In this document: positions 26,760 to 36,750 of the stretch, in pieces
How the letters are laid out: each line of letters opens with the position of its first letter
Numbering within the stretch: the first letter of the stretch is position 1
Assembly: GCA_002787355.1 (NCBI GenBank)
Contig: PCWN01000007.1
Location: 315,552 to 379,551 of the forward strand
DNA: 64,000 bases
DNA from: Candidatus Magasanikbacteria bacterium CG11_big_fil_rev_8_21_14_0_20_39_34
GTDB taxonomy: Bacteria > Patescibacteriota > Patescibacteriia > Magasanikbacterales > UBA922
Reading direction: 5' to 3'
The notes under the pieces: generated by a model
What the model was told of the DNA's origin: nothing
Seen by the model: the letters and a program-made list of their open reading frames with translations, nothing else
Databases searched by the model: none
Translations under genes and position numbers: made by a program

Positions 26760-27620
26760 ATGGCAAAAATAATAGATGGGAAGGCAATTGCAGCGCAAAT
26801 ACACTCCCAATCTCAAAAACGTATTGCAAAAATGAAAAGCAGCCCCAAACTTGCGGTTGTTTTGGTAGGCAACAATAAAGCATCAGAGCGGTATGTAAAA
26901 CATAAGGAAATTGCAGCAAAAGAAATTGGAATGGAATCTACTGTTTTTCCCTTTAAAAGCACTATTACCGCAAAAGAACTTCGAGTTGAAATAGAAAAAA
27001 TTCAAAAAAAATATAAACCCAGTGGAATTATTGTACAGCTCCCTCTTCCACAGAAACTCCGTTCAAAAACTCAAGAAATACTCAATGCCGTGAATCCTGT
27101 TTCAGATGTGGACTGTTTGACGCAAAACAATATTGGAAGACTTGTTACCAATGACTCCCCTTTTGTTCCACCAACTGTTGCAGCTATCATGCATATTTTG
27201 GAAAAAGAGGAAAAGGTTGATCTTAAAGAAAAATATGTAGTCATTGTAGGAGCTGGGATATTGGTAGGAAAACCACTTACTATGCTCATGCTTCACCATG
27301 AAGCAACCGTAACCGTTTGCAATAAATATACAAAAAATCTCAAAAAATTAACGAAGCATGCAGATATTTTAATTACCGCTGTTGGACAAAAACATATTAT
27401 CCGTGCAAACATGATAAAAAAAGGTGCTATTGTTATTGATGTTGGAGTCAGCATAGAAGGGACAAAAATTTATGGGGATGCAAAGTTTGAAGATGTCAAA
27501 AAAAGAGCAAAATCCATTACACCTACTCCTGGAGGTATTGGACCTATCACGGTTGCATACCTTCTCTCCAATACCATAGATGCACAAGAAAATAGGCTCT
27601 CTCAAAAGAGGAAAAAATAA
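26760..27620 (+). CDS. folD: Bifunctional methylenetetrahydrofolate dehydrogenase/cyclohydrolase
   Basis: MAKIIDGKAIAAQI, PKLAVVLVGNN, IVQLPLP, VIVGAGILVGKPL and TPTPGGIGPITVA. Confidence 0.9.
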   Translation: MAKIIDGKAIAAQIHSQSQKRIAKMKSSPKLAVVLVGNNKASERYVKHKEIAAKEIGMESTVFPFKSTITAKELRVEIEKIQKKYKPSGIIVQLPLPQKLRSKTQEILNAVNPVSDVDCLTQNNIGRLVTNDSPFVPPTVAAIMHILEKEEKVDLKEKYVVIVGAGILVGKPLTMLMLHHEATVTVCNKYTKNLKKLTKHADILITAVGQKHIIRANMIKKGAIVIDVGVSIEGTKIYGDAKFEDVKKRAKSITPTPGGIGPITVAYLLSNTIDAQENRLSQKRKK

Positions 27621-27641
27621 CTTGGCACCAAAAATTGTTCC

Positions 27642-28358
27642 ATGAAAACCGTTATAGTAATTCCCACATACAATGAAGCAAAGAATATCGGTCCACTTCT
27701 TGAGGCAATTTTTCACTTCAATAAAGAAAATCTTTCCGTCCTGGTGGTAGATGATAACTCTCCTGATGGGACGGCAAAAAAAGTGGAAGCACTTCAGGAT
27801 ACCTATCCTGTTACTCTTATCAAAAGAGAAGGAAAATTTGGCCTTGGTTCTGCCTATAGAAAAGGCTTTGAGGAAGCTCTCAAAATGAATGCAGAACTTA
27901 TTTTTGAAATGGATGCTGATTTTTCTCATGCACCGGAAGATATTCCAAAAATGATACTGGCGGCCCAAAATGGAGCTGATCTTGTTGTTGGTTCTCGAAA
28001 AGTTGAGGGAGGAAAAATTCTTGGTTGGGGACCACTTCGTCTTCTTATGAGCAACGGTGCCATGCATTTTTCTCGTATTATCTTAGACCTCAAAACAAAA
28101 GATGTTACAGCAGGATTCCGCTGCTTCAAGGCAAATACACTCCAAAGTATTCCATTGCAAAAAATAAAAAGTAATGGATATGCTTTTCAAGAAGAAATAC
28201 TTTTTTTAGTAGAAAAGAAAAATTTTCAAGTTACTGAGGTCCCCGTTACCTTCAATGATAGAACGCAAGGAAAATCAAAACTCTCCAAAAAAGATATTGT
28301 TGAATTTTTTCTTGTAATGTTTAAACTCAAATTTACAAAAAGAAAAGATTTACTTTAA
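27642..28358 (+). CDS. Polyprenol/dolichol-phosphate sugar synthase-like GT2 (DPM1-like)
   Basis: VIPTYNEAKNI, VVDDNSPDGT and EMDADFSH (a DAD motif). Confidence 0.75.
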   Translation: MKTVIVIPTYNEAKNIGPLLEAIFHFNKENLSVLVVDDNSPDGTAKKVEALQDTYPVTLIKREGKFGLGSAYRKGFEEALKMNAELIFEMDADFSHAPEDIPKMILAAQNGADLVVGSRKVEGGKILGWGPLRLLMSNGAMHFSRIILDLKTKDVTAGFRCFKANTLQSIPLQKIKSNGYAFQEEILFLVEKKNFQVTEVPVTFNDRTQGKSKLSKKDIVEFFLVMFKLKFTKRKDLL

Positions 28359-28362
28359 TCTA

Positions 28363-28758
28363 CTACTCTACATCAAAGGGAAAAACATCATCTGCGCTTC
28401 TTAGGGGGTGATTGCTCAAAAAAACAATTACCGCTTCTTCTTCACCAACATTTTTGGTGGAAAATGCCACATATTCTGGAACATGTACTGCCTTCTTTCC
28501 AGGTTGAAAAAGAATCTGTTTCCGTTCACCTGTGTTTACCTGAACAAAAGTGGCTAAAACTGGATTATTTCCTACATAAAACATTATTCGTGTTTTTTTG
28601 TGATAATAATTTCCGCTTGTAACTCCTGGATCCAAAACAAGTCGAGACATATACGTGTCCCCTATTCTTGCAGTAGAAAGAACTCTTCCTTCTTTACTAG
28701 TATCTTGTTGAAAATGAAAGATCTTTATAAAATCTTCTCCCCCTCCGGAATTTCCCAT
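28363..28758 (-). CDS. Small cupin-fold protein (sugar epimerase/isomerase-like, WxcM-like)
   Basis: 131-aa beta-rich ORF sitting among sugar-metabolism genes. The family assignment is tentative. Confidence 0.35.
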   Translation of the reverse strand: MGNSGGGEDFIKIFHFQQDTSKEGRVLSTARIGDTYMSRLVLDPGVTSGNYYHKKTRIMFYVGNNPVLATFVQVNTGERKQILFQPGKKAVHVPEYVAFSTKNVGEEEAVIVFLSNHPLRSADDVFPFDVE

Positions 28759-28774
28759 ATATTTTCTTTAAAAA

Positions 28775-29311
28775 TTAATCTTTCGTTTTTTGACTATAGA
28801 TTACCCATGCCGCAAGTGCAAAACCATCAAGGAGCTCACCATTTTTTATACTTTCCTCAACTTTTTGTTTGCTCATTTTTACGGTAGTGAGTTTTTCTGT
28901 TTCGTCAAAATGCACTGCCCCCTCATGGAGACCGTGAGCAAGGAAGAGAAAACATTTTTCACGTATAATACCATTATTTGGTTCAAAACTTCCAAGTGGT
29001 GTTAAATTATCACAAGTCATTCCAGTTTCTTCTTGTAATTCTCGTGCCGCAGCATCAAGGGGTTCTTCTCCCAACTTCATTCCACCAACAGGAAAAGTCA
29101 ATCTTTCACCGTTTACAAGATATTTATATTCATTTACCAAAACATACTCTCCAGAATCCATTCGTGGAATTATCATGACAGAACCAGGTGTATCTCCATA
29201 GTAATAGTTCCCTATTCCAATACCATCCGGAAGCACATAGGTATCATGTTTATATGTCCACCATGGATTCTCATGAATTGTTTCTTCCGAAAGTTTTTCA
29301 AATGGATTCAT
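28775..29311 (-). CDS. NUDIX hydrolase (ADP-ribose pyrophosphatase-like)
   Basis: Nudix box GGMKLGEEPLDAAARELQEETG. Confidence 0.8.
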   Translation of the reverse strand: MNPFEKLSEETIHENPWWTYKHDTYVLPDGIGIGNYYYGDTPGSVMIIPRMDSGEYVLVNEYKYLVNGERLTFPVGGMKLGEEPLDAAARELQEETGMTCDNLTPLGSFEPNNGIIREKCFLFLAHGLHEGAVHFDETEKLTTVKMSKQKVEESIKNGELLDGFALAAWVIYSQKTKD

Positions 29312-29317
29312 AGGTAA

Positions 29318-29722
29318 TCATTTAAAAAGTAGTGCTAAATCCTCCAATGGAACATCTGACGGGTTCTTGACAATGGAATGAAGACTCCCCCCTCCATCAT
29401 TTTCCCAACGTGGAATAATATGAACATGTAAATACGGTACGCTTTGACCTGCAACGGGACCATCATTAATTCCAATATTGAATCCATCCGGTTGAAGAAC
29501 TGCTTTTATTTTTGCCATAGCCTGTTTTACGCCAGGAAGAAGCCCCATCAAATCTTCATCAGAATAATCTAAAAGTGAAGTTGATCCTTTTTTGGGAATC
29601 ACCACAGTGTGCCCCTTTGAAAGAGGAAATATGTCCAAAAATGCTAAAACATTTTCATCCTCGTAAACAGTATAGTTTGGAATTTCTCCAGAAAGAATTT
29701 TGTCAAAAATAGTATCTGTCAT
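29318..29722 (-). CDS. HIT-family (histidine triad) protein
   Basis: Histidine triad HLHVHIIPR. Confidence 0.85.
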   Translation of the reverse strand: MTDTIFDKILSGEIPNYTVYEDENVLAFLDIFPLSKGHTVVIPKKGSTSLLDYSDEDLMGLLPGVKQAMAKIKAVLQPDGFNIGINDGPVAGQSVPYLHVHIIPRWENDGGGSLHSIVKNPSDVPLEDLALLFK

Positions 29723-29792
29723 AAAAAAAGTTTAAACTCACTATTTACTATACAAGAGAGAAAAAATACGTCAAGCGTGTATATAACTCCTT

Positions 29793-31412
29793 TTATATTT
29801 TTTCAACCTTATACAAAATATGAGGAGGATTTTTGTATGTTTCTATGAGTTGTAAGCCATAATTTTTAAATCTCTCTTCCAACTCAGCTTGATCATTTTC
29901 AGCTAACTCAATGGTAAAATAATATATCGGAAAATTATTTTCTGTAAGGTATGCAAGCGAGTTCATGATATCTGGATCGGAAACATTCTTCATCACTTGA
30001 AACTGGGGCCAAAAAAATTTGTCCTCGTGTTCACTGGCTATAATGGAAAGTTTAGGGATTTTTTTCATTACCTCATTGTGTACCGTTTGAACATGAAACA
30101 AATTATCTCTTGTTTGCAGGAAACCATCCGGATTGAACCATACCGCCTCAAAAGAAAATATGACAAACAAGAATATACAAGAAGCAGAAAACCAATAAGA
30201 AAATATTTTTCCATCAAATCGTTCTACCATTTTTGTATAGACATATGCTGCATAAATACTAAAAAAAAGGAAAATAGGAAGAAAATATCTATGATAGGAA
30301 ATACCAATGGTATGAAGTTGTCGTGAAACATCATCAAAGCTTCCATAAAAAAGGAGTATATACAGAGAGATCACTAAAGATACTGAAAAGAAACAGATTA
30401 ACCTTTTTGAAAGAGTTTTTTTCGCGATTTGATAGATAAACGCTATTCCTCCAATAAACGCAGGAAAGGCAATCCACCAATATGACGTTATAATATAATC
30501 CCAAAAAATACTTATTATGAGCCGTGGATGAACTCCAAATGGAAAGAACAGTTGATACCATTTTCCGGCGGTATGAGAAGTAGATTGAATATAGGCTACA
30601 GAGGCACCTCCGTACAAAGAAGTATTAATCGTGTAGTAAAGGAAGCCAACAAAAATCCCAGGAATCAACCAAACCAAAATTTTATACCAGTCAAAAACCT
30701 TTCGATAAAAAAGAATGACAACCAAAAACCCAACCGCAATCCACCAAAACTCACTCGGACGGATGAGTAATGCCAATCCAATACAAAAACTTCCTAAAAA
30801 GTCATCCACATAGCGAGTAACACGACCACTTATTTTTGATGCTGATAAAAGCCATTTTGATACAGGCTGTGTCAAAATGAACATGAATCCTAAAATGAGA
30901 AAACTTAAAAAGGGAACATTTGGAAAAAGCCCTCTTGCACTATAGTACCACCAAGCAGGATGAAGTGAAAAAAGAAGAGCAGAAACAAGTGCTATTCTTC
31001 TTGAAAATATATCATTTTTTTCATCCTTTTCTAAAAAAATAAACTTTACCAGCCTATAAAAAGCAAATACAGCAAAAACTGCCAAAAGAGGTGTAAAAAA
31101 TTTTACCAAACTCTCCCCTAACAATTTCGTCACACCTCCATACATCCATGAAAGCCCCCAAAAACCGACAGGAAGAATAACTTCTCCATCACTGTAGGTA
31201 CTTCGAGGAAATACAAATTTTTGAACCAATCCATAGTTATAATCATATTCATACCAAAGTCTGCTTTGGTGTGAATATTCTTGAAGAAAAACAAAATTGG
31301 CCGTTTCATCCGGAGAATTAAAAACTTGTACAGGAACAAAAGCAAAAAAAGAATACAAAACAATAAGCGTTGCAAAAAGGAAAAGTTGTATACATTTTTT
31401 CTGTATATTCAT
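29793..31412 (-). CDS. GT-C fold membrane glycosyltransferase (PMT/ArnT-like, family 39/83-like)
   Basis: More than 10 TM segments. An N-terminal first-loop DE motif (NSPDETANF). Confidence 0.55.
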   Translation of the reverse strand: MNIQKKCIQLFLFATLIVLYSFFAFVPVQVFNSPDETANFVFLQEYSHQSRLWYEYDYNYGLVQKFVFPRSTYSDGEVILPVGFWGLSWMYGGVTKLLGESLVKFFTPLLAVFAVFAFYRLVKFIFLEKDEKNDIFSRRIALVSALLFSLHPAWWYYSARGLFPNVPFLSFLILGFMFILTQPVSKWLLSASKISGRVTRYVDDFLGSFCIGLALLIRPSEFWWIAVGFLVVILFYRKVFDWYKILVWLIPGIFVGFLYYTINTSLYGGASVAYIQSTSHTAGKWYQLFFPFGVHPRLIISIFWDYIITSYWWIAFPAFIGGIAFIYQIAKKTLSKRLICFFSVSLVISLYILLFYGSFDDVSRQLHTIGISYHRYFLPIFLFFSIYAAYVYTKMVERFDGKIFSYWFSASCIFLFVIFSFEAVWFNPDGFLQTRDNLFHVQTVHNEVMKKIPKLSIIASEHEDKFFWPQFQVMKNVSDPDIMNSLAYLTENNFPIYYFTIELAENDQAELEERFKNYGLQLIETYKNPPHILYKVEKI

Positions 31413-31435
31413 ACTTTATCTTTATCTAAAAAATT

Positions 31436-32062
31436 CTATACTCCCTGAGCAAACAAACTGAGTATAGCAAACCCAATGGCAAAACCAAATATCCATCCGG
31501 CAATATGAAGTAAAAGAGGAAAATCCAATAAAAGTGCCATAAGTGTGAGAAAAACAGCTAAAACCTGGAGAATCATCTTGAGCTTCCCCCACAAATTGGC
31601 CATTCTCACTGTTCTAAACTTTGCTTTTGCAACAAGCGCGCTCAAAATAAAAGCTATCTCCAAAAAAAGAATGGAAAATCCAATCCAGAAATCAAAGTAC
31701 CGAAATACCAAGAGTAAAACCATAGATCCTATAAGAAGTTTATCTGCCAAAGGGTCAAAAAGCATCCCAAATTTGGTTACCTGATTTCTTGTTCTTGCCA
31801 TAGCACCATCTATGGCATCCGTAAAGGCCACTCCCAAAAAAATCAAAACCCCCATTTTATAATGGGCAAACCCAACCAAAAGTAAGATAACCGGTGTCAT
31901 AAGGATCCGAAACATGGTGACACGATTGGGAGTTACCGGATATGGCAGGAACCACAAAAAGAGCTTCTCTATGAAACGGTCATGCAAATGAATATGTTCT
32001 GCTTTTTGGTAGTAAAAAAGCTCTGGATCCTTTTTTTTAAGGATATTGATTATTTTCTCCAT
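31436..32062 (-). CDS. CDP-alcohol phosphatidyltransferase family protein
   Basis: D-x2-DG-x2-AR...G-x3-D-x3-D motif: DAIDGAMARTRNQVTKFGMLFDPLADK. Confidence 0.8.
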   Translation of the reverse strand: MEKIINILKKKDPELFYYQKAEHIHLHDRFIEKLFLWFLPYPVTPNRVTMFRILMTPVILLLVGFAHYKMGVLIFLGVAFTDAIDGAMARTRNQVTKFGMLFDPLADKLLIGSMVLLLVFRYFDFWIGFSILFLEIAFILSALVAKAKFRTVRMANLWGKLKMILQVLAVFLTLMALLLDFPLLLHIAGWIFGFAIGFAILSLFAQGV

Positions 32063-32113
32063 TTTCTATATTATAACACTATAATTGTACCTAATTTTTG
32101 CCTAAATTTCAAT

Positions 32114-34243
32114 ATGAAAGGAATGCCACGGTATATCCAAATTTCTTTTGCCAGTGTCCTGCTTTTGGTGGTCAATTTTTTTGTTTTTCAAAATTCATTT
32201 TTTGGAGGTGTTGTTTTCTTCCTCTCTATTTTTGGGCTCATTATACATCTTGCAAAACTTTTTTATCCCAATAAAACTTCTGGAGAAAGATACCTCTTTT
32301 CTGCCCTCTTTCTTTTTTCAATGCTTACCATTGTAAACTCTGTTCTCTACTATCTTTATAAAATTACTCCTACCACTTCCCTTTTGGTATTTATAAGTTT
32401 TTCCCTACTCTTTTTTATTCCTCTCAAAAAAACAGAACTGGTTATTTCTCGAGTCATGAGAAGATTTCACCGCCTGAGTAAATATGTAAAGCCATTTCAA
32501 AAAAAGTACTTTGACTACCAAGTATTTACTTTTCTTGCTTTGGAAATTTTTCTCTTTTTTCTTGTATTTCACTATTCTACTACAGAAATTCTTGTTTCTC
32601 CTTGGAATAAAACAACCCCCCTCTTCTTTATTCTCTACGCTTTGACCACTTTTTTTCTGTTTTCTCTTATTCTTTTTTCCAAAATAGAACTGAAAACAAA
32701 ACTCGTCTGTACAATATCTCATCTCTTTTTTACTTTTTCCATTGCCGCTATCATGTACAAACTGGGCTACGGATATGATGGTTTTATTCATAGAGCCACA
32801 GAAGAATGGATCCAACAGAATGGCTTTATTACCCCAAAAAATCCATACTACATCGGGCAGTACAGTATGATTGTTTGGATTTCCAATCTCTCATTTATTC
32901 CTATTTTTTTTATTGATGTATACTTTGTACCCTTTCTTGCGGCCCTTTCGTTGCCCTTTGCCACCATGTATGCCCTCAAAAATATCTGGGATATACCCAA
33001 AAACATTGCACTTGCTCTAACCTTTGTATTTCCTTTTCTTTTTTTCCTTTCACTTCAACTCACCACCCCGCATAACCTTCTTATCCTTCTTTTCCTGATC
33101 ACTATTCTCCTGAGCCTTTTTGCCACAAAAGAAAAAAAAGGAATTGTTCTCCTCTTTCTCCTCTGCGTTACAGGTATGTTTACCCATCCTCTTTTGGGAG
33201 CCCCTCTCCTTATCTTCATTTTTACCAAACTACTCTTAAAAAAGATTCCTTCCATCAAACTTCAAATTTCCGTTATTATCCTCTTTTTTCTTGTGATTAC
33301 CTTTCTTTTCACTTTTTTGTTTGCACTCAATAATTACCTTGGAGGCTATGGGCTCCCACACATTGGCAACCCCATCACAAATTTTCCACTTTTTCTCAAA
33401 TTATTCCAGAGACCCTTCTGGTATATAAAAAACGTTTCATTTATTTTTGATACTCTTTATTTTTTTCAAGCACTTATCGCCCCACTCGTCTTTCTTCTGG
33501 CAATATATGGCCTCATCAAAACAAAAAAATTTCTACAACACCATTTACTCTACCTTATAGGTTTTGTTGCATTCTTGTGTGCAGCTTGGTTTCTTCATAG
33601 TTCTATTCACTTTGAGGGTCTTGGCGCTTTTGAGCAGGGAGAATATCCTATGCGACTTGTAAAATCCAGTATACTCTTTCTCCTTCCCTTTTCTATGTTT
33701 GGAGTATATCAACTTGGAATGTATTTAAAAAAATGGAAAAAAGCATCTCCAATTTTTCTTCTCTTTGCCTCTTTTCTTGTAATGCTTGCTCTGTACTTTG
33801 CCTACCCCCAAAATAATCCAAAAGTGCGCTTTCCAGGCTTCAATGTCACGGCACATGATTTTCATGCGGTAGAAATGATCCAAAAACAGGCTCACGGCGT
33901 TCCCTATATTACCCTCTCCAATTCTCTTGTTTGTGCCGCAACACTTACAAAGTATGGCTTTATCCATTACTATGATGTAGATGGCTTTTCACAATTTTAT
34001 TGTTCCATGCCATCCGGAAGTCCTTTATACATCCTGTACCAAAAAATGGTCTATGAGGGCACCAAGCGTGAGTATATGGAAAAAGCCATGCAGGATACAG
34101 GAGTTGACAAAGCATTTTTTGTTATAAATAAATACTGGTCCAACTTCCCAAAAATCGTAGAAAATGCTAAAATGAACAGTGATGCATGGTTCTCAGTAGA
34201 TAATGAAGAACTTTTCGTTTTTGAATATGATAGAAGAAAATAA
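32114..34243 (+). CDS. Large polytopic membrane protein (probable GT-C type glycosyltransferase/YfhO-like)
   Basis: About 710 aa with more than 12 TM segments. The start is moved to the MKGMPRY ATG at 32114 because the ORF-track start overlaps the upstream gene. Confidence 0.4.
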   Translation: MKGMPRYIQISFASVLLLVVNFFVFQNSFFGGVVFFLSIFGLIIHLAKLFYPNKTSGERYLFSALFLFSMLTIVNSVLYYLYKITPTTSLLVFISFSLLFFIPLKKTELVISRVMRRFHRLSKYVKPFQKKYFDYQVFTFLALEIFLFFLVFHYSTTEILVSPWNKTTPLFFILYALTTFFLFSLILFSKIELKTKLVCTISHLFFTFSIAAIMYKLGYGYDGFIHRATEEWIQQNGFITPKNPYYIGQYSMIVWISNLSFIPIFFIDVYFVPFLAALSLPFATMYALKNIWDIPKNIALALTFVFPFLFFLSLQLTTPHNLLILLFLITILLSLFATKEKKGIVLLFLLCVTGMFTHPLLGAPLLIFIFTKLLLKKIPSIKLQISVIILFFLVITFLFTFLFALNNYLGGYGLPHIGNPITNFPLFLKLFQRPFWYIKNVSFIFDTLYFFQALIAPLVFLLAIYGLIKTKKFLQHHLLYLIGFVAFLCAAWFLHSSIHFEGLGAFEQGEYPMRLVKSSILFLLPFSMFGVYQLGMYLKKWKKASPIFLLFASFLVMLALYFAYPQNNPKVRFPGFNVTAHDFHAVEMIQKQAHGVPYITLSNSLVCAATLTKYGFIHYYDVDGFSQFYCSMPSGSPLYILYQKMVYEGTKREYMEKAMQDTGVDKAFFVINKYWSNFPKIVENAKMNSDAWFSVDNEELFVFEYDRRK

Positions 34244-35432
34244 TAAAAGTACAAAAATTTTTATATTTGTCTACCTCTTTTTATCCATCCTCGCCGCGAT
34301 CCTTGCTTTCTCACTGGTTTTTTTTCATACAGGCAATAATAAAAATGCCCAAGCCAAACAACCTACATTAATTGTCGAAAAAGAAATCCAAATTGGAGTT
34401 ATCCTGCCTATGTCTGGATCTCTCTCAAACTGGGGAAGAACCATAAAAGACGGCATTGACCTTGCACTTGAGAAGACACAAAAACCTTTTAAAATTCATC
34501 TCCAAGACAGTGGTTGTGATCCTCAAAAAGCCAAACTTGCCGCAAAGCAACTCCTTGAACAGGAACACGTAAAAATTATTATTGGCCCTGCCTGTGTTAC
34601 GGAAGTTGCAGCAATAGCAGACATAGTAAATCAGCAACATGCCATAATGTTTTCTACCGGGCTGTTGGACAACTCAGTATTTGGGCTTACTTCCAATATC
34701 ATTAATCTTTCTACAGAAATATCAACAGAAGTGGATTTCATACTCAAGCACCTGACTCTCAATGAAAAGTCACACATTGCTGTGGTGTCTTCTGCAAACT
34801 ATTTTGGAAAAGAATATACGAGAAGTATAAAGGAACTTGCACCAAAGTATGGCATAGATGTTGTGCTCGTAGATGAAACTCCCATTGATGCGATTGATTT
34901 TTCTTCTGAAATAAAAGACATCCGAGGAAAAAAAATTGATGCACTTTTCATTCAGCAATCAGAAGTTGGCACCATCGAGTTTCTAAAACAGTTGAAAAAG
35001 AGTCCTTATCACTTTGATATCTATACCAGCTCGGGAATAGAAAATCAGTCTATGTTGGAGGGATACCAAGATTTGTTGGAAGGTGTCCTCTTTACTGCCC
35101 CATATAATGTGAATGAAGGAAGCGAAGAAAAGATTGCACTCGAGAAAAGTTACAACCGTCTTACTGATGCAAAACGTGTCCCATCGGCGACAACTTTTGC
35201 AGTCTATGATGGCATCCTTCTTCTGGATAGTGCTTTAAAAAAATGTTCTGAAATGGATGTCCCATGTATTAAACAGGAATTTGTAAACCTTGGAAAACAT
35301 GCTGGAATGTCTGGCGAAATGCTCTTTCACCCAGATGGAAGCAATACTCGTCCGTTTGGAATAAAGCAAATACACAACGGCTTTTTTGAATGGAAGGTTC
35401 AAGATATTACAAACCAAAATATAACGCCGTAA
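34203..35432 (+). CDS. Type I periplasmic binding protein (Leu/Ile/Val-binding LivJ-like ABC substrate-binding protein)
   Basis: N-terminal anchor. IQIGVILPMSGSLSNWGRTIKDGIDLA is typical of the PBP1 branched-chain amino acid family. The start may instead be 34227. Confidence 0.6.
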   Translation: MKNFSFLNMIEENNKSTKIFIFVYLFLSILAAILAFSLVFFHTGNNKNAQAKQPTLIVEKEIQIGVILPMSGSLSNWGRTIKDGIDLALEKTQKPFKIHLQDSGCDPQKAKLAAKQLLEQEHVKIIIGPACVTEVAAIADIVNQQHAIMFSTGLLDNSVFGLTSNIINLSTEISTEVDFILKHLTLNEKSHIAVVSSANYFGKEYTRSIKELAPKYGIDVVLVDETPIDAIDFSSEIKDIRGKKIDALFIQQSEVGTIEFLKQLKKSPYHFDIYTSSGIENQSMLEGYQDLLEGVLFTAPYNVNEGSEEKIALEKSYNRLTDAKRVPSATTFAVYDGILLLDSALKKCSEMDVPCIKQEFVNLGKHAGMSGEMLFHPDGSNTRPFGIKQIHNGFFEWKVQDITNQNITP

Positions 35433-36591
35433 TCCGCTGTATATAATCTTCCTTTATAAGGTCTTTCAAGACCTTTTTTGTTTTTTCTTGCATGGCCTCA
35501 ATGGAGTGAAAATGCTCTACGCACCACAGTAACTTTTCAGATAGAGATTCAACATCTCCCGCACAAAAAGTAAAACCATTTTCATTGGAACGGATAAGCT
35601 CTGCAATCCCCTCAATATCACTTGCCAAGACAGGTACTCCAAAAGAAAGACTTTCAAAGATTACCGTCGGTGAATTTTCGTAACAGAGTGATGGTACCAC
35701 GGTAAGATGAACTCCAGAAATAAGCTCTGGTAATTTTTCACGTGTCATATAACCATGAACCAAAATTCTTGGATCATTCTGAGACATCTCCTGTACCCTC
35801 TCCAGTAAAGACCCCGTACCTACAATATGCAACTCAACCGGAATAAAAAAAGTAAGTTTTATAAATGCATCCAAAAGCAAAAGAATCCCCTTATGATTTT
35901 CAATTTGTCCAAGGTAAAGAATTCTACACACATGATCACTTCTCTCTTTTCTTTCCTGTGTGAAAAAAGTCATAGGGTTTCTCACAACTTCCATTTGTGA
36001 GTGAGGAAAAAATCCTCGTGAAGTATAAAAATCCAAAAGAAATTGTGATGGAGAAATAATCACATCAGGAGATCCCATAAGACGTTTCATAAGTGCTGTG
36101 TACATCCTTGTAGGAAGGCCATTATAACGCCAAGAATGCTCTTTCTGCTTGAGTATAAGTCCACTTGGCTCTACCAGTTGAACATCATGTACGGTGTGAA
36201 TATGCCGCAGTGAAAGCTTCTGAATCACTCTTGGAATAAGAAAACTCAATCCCATAAGATTATGGGTATGCACAACCTGTGGTTTTTCTTGTTCCAAAAT
36301 ATTTTTTACCCACGATGCCACACCAAAATTAAAAGTATCCAAAATATGCCATAAGAGTCGAGAAAGAAAGAAATGTTTGTGTGCCTGCGTATAAAAAAAG
36401 AGATTGAAGGGCTTTTTTCTATAAATGGTCAAATTTTTCATAGATTCCTTTTCATCCCCTTTTGGGCTACTGGTTAACAAAACCACCTCATGCCCTGCTT
36501 TAATAAGGCCTTCCACAGTTTTGCGAACCACTTGCTCGGCACCTCCCCTTTCGTAGGGAGGGTAGATATTGTTGATAATACAGATCTTCAT
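35407..36591 (-). CDS. Glycosyltransferase family 4
   Basis: GT4 N-terminal MKICIINNIYPPYERGGAEQ. The C-terminal E-x7-E region contains GVPVLASDIEGIAELI. Confidence 0.75.
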   Translation of the reverse strand: MKICIINNIYPPYERGGAEQVVRKTVEGLIKAGHEVVLLTSSPKGDEKESMKNLTIYRKKPFNLFFYTQAHKHFFLSRLLWHILDTFNFGVASWVKNILEQEKPQVVHTHNLMGLSFLIPRVIQKLSLRHIHTVHDVQLVEPSGLILKQKEHSWRYNGLPTRMYTALMKRLMGSPDVIISPSQFLLDFYTSRGFFPHSQMEVVRNPMTFFTQERKERSDHVCRILYLGQIENHKGILLLLDAFIKLTFFIPVELHIVGTGSLLERVQEMSQNDPRILVHGYMTREKLPELISGVHLTVVPSLCYENSPTVIFESLSFGVPVLASDIEGIAELIRSNENGFTFCAGDVESLSEKLLWCVEHFHSIEAMQEKTKKVLKDLIKEDYIQRITALYFGL

Positions 36592-36750
36592 AGGATCAAA
36601 AAGCTCATTTCTTTTCAGTTCACATATTATACTAAAATAAGCGAAAAATCAAATCCACAGGACATTCACAGCTTATACAGATATCATTTGATGTATATGG
36701 TAATTTAAGGTAATATAGGAATACCCTCTTTTTAGGGCAAAAAACCTCAT

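Noticed and set aside
31982-32113. Upstream extension of the 32114-34243 membrane protein
   Set aside because: It overlaps the convergent CDP-alcohol transferase gene on the other strand, so the internal Met at 32114 is the more plausible start.
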